Below are positions 58,920 through 64,000 of a stretch of 64,000 bases of DNA, one piece after another; the stretch's first letter is position 1; every line of letters starts with the position of its first letter. Position numbers and translations under genes: made by a program. The notes below the pieces were generated by a model. It was not told the origin of the DNA. It ran no database searches and worked only from the letters and a program-made list of their open reading frames with translations. The stretch lies in assembly GCA_964631685.1 (NCBI GenBank), contig CAZVZU010000005.1, positions 67,908 to 131,907 on the forward strand. The letters are read 5' to 3'. This DNA comes from an uncultured Actinomycetes bacterium. GTDB taxonomy: Bacteria > SZUA-79 > Acidulodesulfobacterales > Acidulodesulfobacteraceae.

Positions 58920-60548
58920 ATGAAACAATTTTATGTAATTAAGGAATCTCACACGTTTTCAGATAGCTTGGAGTGCTTGGGACTGGCCAAGATATTAAAA
59001 CGTGTCGCCGAAAAGATTTCTAGAAATCAGGATAATGATATCCTGATTGAAGACAAAGGATCATATTTTAAATTAACAAGTGATGTTGATATTCCAGAAG
59101 ATGAGATAGGCGATATAGAATTTTTCTATTTCATGGAATACGTAACCAAAAAAGATAAGACTGAAAATTTACCATTCCCTTATATTGATTATGATCACGA
59201 AAAAAAAGTTTATGATGACCTTAGAAAATCTAAAAAATCTGCAGAACGGCCGAGACCAGATTACGACATCATTCGGCTATATGCAGGGATGGATGGTTAT
59301 AGAAAGGTTTTTTACAATCTAAGGAAATTTAATAATGGCAATTTTACCGAACTGCTACGTTATATGCTTAAATACTATTCATCAAAAATAAGTGAAAGAA
59401 ACGATGCAGAAGAAAAGATTTTAAGCTTTGTAAAAGAAGTTAAAGGCGTTAAACAGAGTGAATTAACACAGAATGCTTTACAAGATATTAATCCGGATAA
59501 AGGAAAGGGCATAAATAGAATAAAGCCGGATTCCGTTAGGCCGGATTCCTATAAAAAAATGATTTGGTATAGAGAGCTAATTAAGTTTGTAGGCGGTTGG
59601 CAAGGCATGACGTCAAAATATGTAGGCAAAGATTATAAGACTTATGTCATTGCGCCTCATAAAATTGGTCTGCAATATATGAATGGTGTTTTTGCCTCTT
59701 TTAAAAAAAAGATATACGGAGGAACTTCGATACAAGTTGATATCTTAATGCTTCTAAATTTAACGGAAGAATTAATATTAAAGCATGAAAATTACCGTGA
59801 ATCGTGGAATATATTTAAACCAAGCCATGTAATATCAGGATTACAGTTTGCCTATTATAAGAAGTTAGGACAAAAACCGGCTGTCACAAATATCGGGTTC
59901 CTTGGTATACCTAGTTTTATCGTTATCAAGGATAAGGTTGATGCTGATAAATGGAAAAATATTATAGAGGAACATCAAAAGATAATACACTATTATATTG
60001 GCAAAAAGAATTCTTCGCATGTAAAAATCCTACAAGATTACAGAAATTTTATCTCCATCGGGGATTTTGATTATTTTTTTGAGTTTAGCTATGGTTACGC
60101 AAATATAATTTTTTCGACAAAAAAACCGTTTTCGATAACTAATATGGAGGGACTTATGAGAAGTGATGTAAGATTTGAAGATATCTTTTTAAACGATGGA
60201 TTTAAGGCGATTGCCGGTGCAATTCGCAACTCTACAATCGTTCCTATAATTCACAAAGATAAAAAAAATGTTGTTTTCGGCCTAAGCAATAAACTAAGGA
60301 TTGCTTCAAGAAATAAGGACTCTTTAGTGGAAGAAATTTCAGAATTTATTCAGAAATATAATGAACGCATGATGCTAGAAGATTACCACGATGAACCACA
60401 TAACAAATATATCACAAAAGAAAATTTAGAAGAATTTTATAAACTTTTAGACTCTGACCATTCTTCAAAAATAATAGCCGGAATGCTTGTAGCTTTCGGT
60501 TATGCAAAGGACGGGAAGGCTAATAAAGCGGAGGGAAACAATGAGTAA
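58920..60548 (+). CDS. cas8: Type I large subunit (divergent Cas8), probably including a C-terminal Cas11 domain
   Basis: Position between cas3 and cas7, size 542 aa; assigned mainly by context. Confidence 0.7.
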   Translation: MKQFYVIKESHTFSDSLECLGLAKILKRVAEKISRNQDNDILIEDKGSYFKLTSDVDIPEDEIGDIEFFYFMEYVTKKDKTENLPFPYIDYDHEKKVYDDLRKSKKSAERPRPDYDIIRLYAGMDGYRKVFYNLRKFNNGNFTELLRYMLKYYSSKISERNDAEEKILSFVKEVKGVKQSELTQNALQDINPDKGKGINRIKPDSVRPDSYKKMIWYRELIKFVGGWQGMTSKYVGKDYKTYVIAPHKIGLQYMNGVFASFKKKIYGGTSIQVDILMLLNLTEELILKHENYRESWNIFKPSHVISGLQFAYYKKLGQKPAVTNIGFLGIPSFIVIKDKVDADKWKNIIEEHQKIIHYYIGKKNSSHVKILQDYRNFISIGDFDYFFEFSYGYANIIFSTKKPFSITNMEGLMRSDVRFEDIFLNDGFKAIAGAIRNSTIVPIIHKDKKNVVFGLSNKLRIASRNKDSLVEEISEFIQKYNERMMLEDYHDEPHNKYITKENLEEFYKLLDSDHSSKIIAGMLVAFGYAKDGKANKAEGNNE

Positions 60549-61548
60549 AACAAGAGGAATCACATCAATTTCAATCAACGGAAGGATTACCTTGAATATG
60601 CATTCCCTTAATAACGAAGGAAGTGAGGGGAATCAAGTTTTGACAAGGCAAGTTACAATTATCGATCAGCACGGAAAGCCGGAGACTGTGACTGCTGTGA
60701 GTGGTGATATGATGAAACACATTGCCACGGAACATTTTTGGAGAATCGCCAAAGAAAATAATATCGTATTATCTGAAACCTCTAAAAGTTTCAATGCAAA
60801 CAGAATAATTTGGAGCGATCTAACCAGGGGCGACATAAAAGATATTGATTCAAAAAATCAGGGATCAATAATGGACGCATTGATTAAAACATGCGCCTTA
60901 TCGGATATTGCAGGGGCCATGATTACATCTAAGGGTAATTTCGCAAGAAAGTCGGTTATGGAATTTGGCTGGATGCTTGCTCTTCCTGAGGCAAACGAAA
61001 CGGATAATTATTTTCATGTAAAATTAGTACCGGATGCCAAGGCTACAAAAAAAGAGAGTGATCCAGACGATGAATCCGGGAAATCCAATGAGGGACAGAA
61101 CATATTTCATCGCCCTGCAAATTCCGGGATTTATGCATTTGTCGGAAATCTTGAGATTTCAAGGCTTGGATACAATGATGTTTTTAAAACATATCCTATC
61201 TCTGATGAAGCAAGGAAGGAAAGGTACCAGGCCCTTTTGAAATCCGTATTGTATACCTTTATTAAGCCAAACGGCGCAATGAGAAATACGCAGAATCCAC
61301 ATATCTTAAATATTGAGGGCGCCATTTCATATTCATTCTCTTCGTGTCCGGCTCCAACGGTGTCAGGCTTAAAAGACGGATATGTAGAAGAAATAGAAGA
61401 AATAACCAAGATGCTGAATAAGATTGATGAAGGTAACATAAAAATAAAAACATTTAATTCATTTTCGGAATTTACAGATATTTTTTCCGAATTAATAAAT
61501 AAAGAACCCGGAAAAATAAAGGTAGCGGAATCAACAAACAAGGAGTAG
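60541..61548 (+). CDS. cas7: Cas7, DevR/Cst2/Csa2-like
   Basis: MHSLNNEG, VSGDMMKH, RKSVMEFGW, IFHRPANSGIY; GGAGGG SD before ATG 60541. Confidence 0.88.
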   Translation: MSKTRGITSISINGRITLNMHSLNNEGSEGNQVLTRQVTIIDQHGKPETVTAVSGDMMKHIATEHFWRIAKENNIVLSETSKSFNANRIIWSDLTRGDIKDIDSKNQGSIMDALIKTCALSDIAGAMITSKGNFARKSVMEFGWMLALPEANETDNYFHVKLVPDAKATKKESDPDDESGKSNEGQNIFHRPANSGIYAFVGNLEISRLGYNDVFKTYPISDEARKERYQALLKSVLYTFIKPNGAMRNTQNPHILNIEGAISYSFSSCPAPTVSGLKDGYVEEIEEITKMLNKIDEGNIKIKTFNSFSEFTDIFSELINKEPGKIKVAESTNKE

Positions 61549-61550
61549 AT

Positions 61551-62237
61551 ATGTGGTTAGAAATAGAATATAGTCCAACTTCGTTATTTTCTCTCAAGTC
61601 AAGTTCGGCAACAAGCTCGGCAGGCAAAACACTGTTTTCTCCCTCCCCTTATGCCGCGAAAATGGCTATGTTAAATGCCGTTATCACTTATGATTCCATA
61701 GAAACTGCCAAAGATAATTTTGACCTGATAAAGGGGTTAGATATCCAATTTCGACTACCTGAGCAATTTATTGTTAACAATTGCATGATCAAGATTAGTA
61801 AACATAACAGAGCCGGTGATGAAAACGATCCGTTTATGTCCACTGTAGCATTCAGGGAATATATCTATTTTAGTGGCAACATAAGGATTGCAATAAACTT
61901 AAGTGAATTGGCAAAAGAACACATTGATTTTCTAAAAAAATGGTTTATGCACATCAATTATTTTGGAAAGAAGGGCTGTTTCTTTCAGTTTATTAAATTT
62001 ACGGAAGTAACCGAATTGAATAATGAATATTCACTGATTCTTAATGATAAATTTGGTAATCTTGCACCCGGCACAATTATTGAGATGGATGACTTCGATG
62101 AGGATTCCGTCTTTGACAATATAAATGCATTCAGCAAGGCAAAGGGCAAAAGAAGATCTAGATTTTATATTTTACCTATATTGATGGAAAAGGCTAGCAA
62201 AGACTTTACCATTTTTTCAAAGGTTACCGAGGAATAA
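61551..62237 (+). CDS. cas5: Cas5
   Basis: N-terminal SLFSLK..TLFSPSPY, FREY, INYFGK; position after cas7. Confidence 0.8.
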   Translation: MWLEIEYSPTSLFSLKSSSATSSAGKTLFSPSPYAAKMAMLNAVITYDSIETAKDNFDLIKGLDIQFRLPEQFIVNNCMIKISKHNRAGDENDPFMSTVAFREYIYFSGNIRIAINLSELAKEHIDFLKKWFMHINYFGKKGCFFQFIKFTEVTELNNEYSLILNDKFGNLAPGTIIEMDDFDEDSVFDNINAFSKAKGKRRSRFYILPILMEKASKDFTIFSKVTEE

Positions 62238-62244
62238 TTTTTAT

Positions 62245-62748
62245 ATGGATACAGAGCGTCCCATTACAGGTAATCTTATAAATGCTTATTATATTTGTCA
62301 CCGTAAATTGTGGCTTTTCGCTCATGAGATTAGTCCTTCTCTGGAAAATCCATATCTTGAAATAGGTTCTTTGATCGGCGAAGAAACCTACAAGAGGGAA
62401 AAGAAGGAAATTTTATTTGGAAATATTAAGATTGATTTGATCAAAAAGGAAGGCGGAAACATAATTGTTGCAGAGATCAAGAAATCGTCAAAGGGCATTA
62501 ATGCGGCAAAAATGCAGCTTTTGTTTTATCTTTACAAATTAAAGGAGCGTGAAATTGTTGCGAAGGGCGAACTCCTTATTCCAAAGGAGAGGAAAAAAAT
62601 AAGCATTGAGTTGGATGAAGCCGCGGAGGAAAGACTGGAAAATGATCTGATTAACATTAAATCTATTTTGAAGTCGGAAGTCGCCCTTGTTCCTGAAAAG
62701 ATTCCATTCTGTAAAAAATGCTCATATTTTGAGTTTTGTTGGAGCTGA
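62245..62748 (+). CDS. cas4: Cas4 exonuclease
   Basis: YYICHRKLW, KIDL..EIKKS, QLLFYL, CKKCSYFEFC. Confidence 0.95.
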   Translation: MDTERPITGNLINAYYICHRKLWLFAHEISPSLENPYLEIGSLIGEETYKREKKEILFGNIKIDLIKKEGGNIIVAEIKKSSKGINAAKMQLLFYLYKLKEREIVAKGELLIPKERKKISIELDEAAEERLENDLINIKSILKSEVALVPEKIPFCKKCSYFEFCWS

Positions 62749-62765
62749 GAAAAGGGGAAGTGTAA

Positions 62766-63629
62766 ATGAATAGGATAAAATTTGAATGAGAAGTCATTAC
62801 GCCAATGTTTCTTACCGGAGCGGATAATAAAACACCGGAAGTTAGGCCGCCTTCCATTAAGGGTATGATGCGGTTCTGGTGGCGGGCAATGCATGGATAT
62901 TTGGACAATGCAGAGTTAAAAGAACGTGAAGGTAAGATGTTTGGAACGAGTGATGAAGATATAGGGAGGAGTAAATTTAGCATACGAGCAATGCATAGTG
63001 GTAGCTTGCGCGTAGCATCCTATCTTTCACTTCCGCACAGATCTGCTAAAGCACTCAAGTTTAGGGGGATTTCACCCGACCAAAGTATATTCATCACATT
63101 GACCAGCCGGTATTATGGGATTGACGAGTGCGCTGATGTCCTTAAGGCATCTTTGATTTTAGGAGGTTTTGGCAAAAGGGCCCGTAGAGGATTTGGAAGT
63201 GCCGGAATTTTAAAGATTGATGAACAGCCTGATAATTTAGACTATAAACTTGAAACTATCTTGGAACTGATTAATCGCATAGCCGGTAATATATACCATA
63301 TTGACAGCAGTGGGAATGAAATAGAGTTGAAAAATAGTAAGTTAACCACGCAATACGCCTTTTTGAAAGAAATAGTATTAGGTAAAGAATATGGCTCATG
63401 GAACGAGCTGGTGAAAACAATAGGTAAAGCATCGCATGAACATGACATAGACGCTCTAGGTTTCATTGGACGCAAGACGCGCTTTGCGTCCCCTATCTAT
63501 GTATCGGTGTTAAAAAATGAGAATAAATATTTGCCTATAATCTCCAGTTTAAATACTGCCTTTAAGGATAAAAAGATCGATAAAAAAGGACTAAAAGGAC
63601 AAGATGACTTCAAGGAGGAAATCCTATGA
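62766..63629 (+). CDS. cmr1: Type III-B RAMP Cmr1 with an in-frame TGA at codon 8 (pseudogene or recoded; open from ATG 62805)
   Basis: EVITPMFLTGAD, RPPSIKGMMRFWWRA, GGFGKRARRGFGS, RFASP. Confidence 0.85.
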
Positions 63630-64000
63630 AGAAGTACCTATTTCTATTTACCATAGGTCCGGTTCAATCTTTTATTGTTCAGACTAGGAAAACGCAGGAT
63701 CTTTATACAGGCAGTTTATTGTTATCCGATTTAATCGATTTTGCCATGAAAGATATTAAGGGCGTAGATGAATTCATCTTTCCGGACAAAAACGCAAAAA
63801 GTAAGCCGAATCGGTTTATCTTAATTATAAAATCGGATGATGTAAGCAAAATAGGCGAAGATTTAAGCAATTATGTGCAATCTAAATTTAAAGGTATGGC
63901 ACTGAAATCCTTTAATTCGTTGGATGAAAAATATAGCGAAGGCTTCATGAATAATTTTCTAAAGCAGATAAAAAATCATCTTCAAGTGAATTGGGTTGCC
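63626..64000 (+). CDS. cas10: Cas10/Cmr2 (type III-B), truncated by the window end
   Basis: Translated by hand: MKKYLFLFTIGPVQSFIVQTRKTQDLYTGSLLLS...PNRF; AGGAGG SD; ATGA overlap with the cmr1 stop. Confidence 0.92.
   Translation, partial: MKKYLFLFTIGPVQSFIVQTRKTQDLYTGSLLLSDLIDFAMKDIKGVDEFIFPDKNAKSKPNRFILIIKSDDVSKIGEDLSNYVQSKFKGMALKSFNSLDEKYSEGFMNNFLKQIKNHLQVNWVA

Noticed and set aside
55477..64000. CRISPR array or cas1/cas2
   Set aside because: No regularly spaced repeats and no such ORFs in the window; they may lie beyond 64000

Overview
AT-rich bacterial chromosomal window, mostly housekeeping genes. The gene content (futalosine menaquinone genes, selB, carD-PIN/TRAM, DUF1844, rpsA-sppA-HIT-lapA) resembles a deltaproteobacterial/Desulfobacterota-type lineage; this is inference only. 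In order: 3' part of an internally repeated DUF1641-type protein, tRNA-Val(CAC), an MFS transporter, the glycine cleavage system, pheA, then metF/porCDAB/folD/metV, then hisC-aroF-tyrA-aroA-ispH-rpsA-sppA-HIT-lapA-miaA-cca-pgi-hflX. Next come a minimal merR-merA unit with a clear MerR-type promoter, a protein quality-control cluster (Hsp20, divergent Clp ATPase, DUF1844, clpB, sigma54-type degP), selB, futalosine genes, carD, gltX, a small CxxCH protein, ispD/ispF, a minor-pilin cluster and a second MFS. From 55.7 kb there is a composite CRISPR-Cas locus: cas6, a Cas3 with its HD nuclease at the C-terminus, a divergent cas8 with a probable hidden internal Cas11 start, DevR-type cas7, cas5 and cas4. 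These run directly into a type III-B module whose cmr1 has an in-frame TGA at codon 8, followed by an HD-less cas10 cut by the window edge. No CRISPR array, cas1/cas2 or mobile element is visible. Family assignments come from motif recognition, not database searches.
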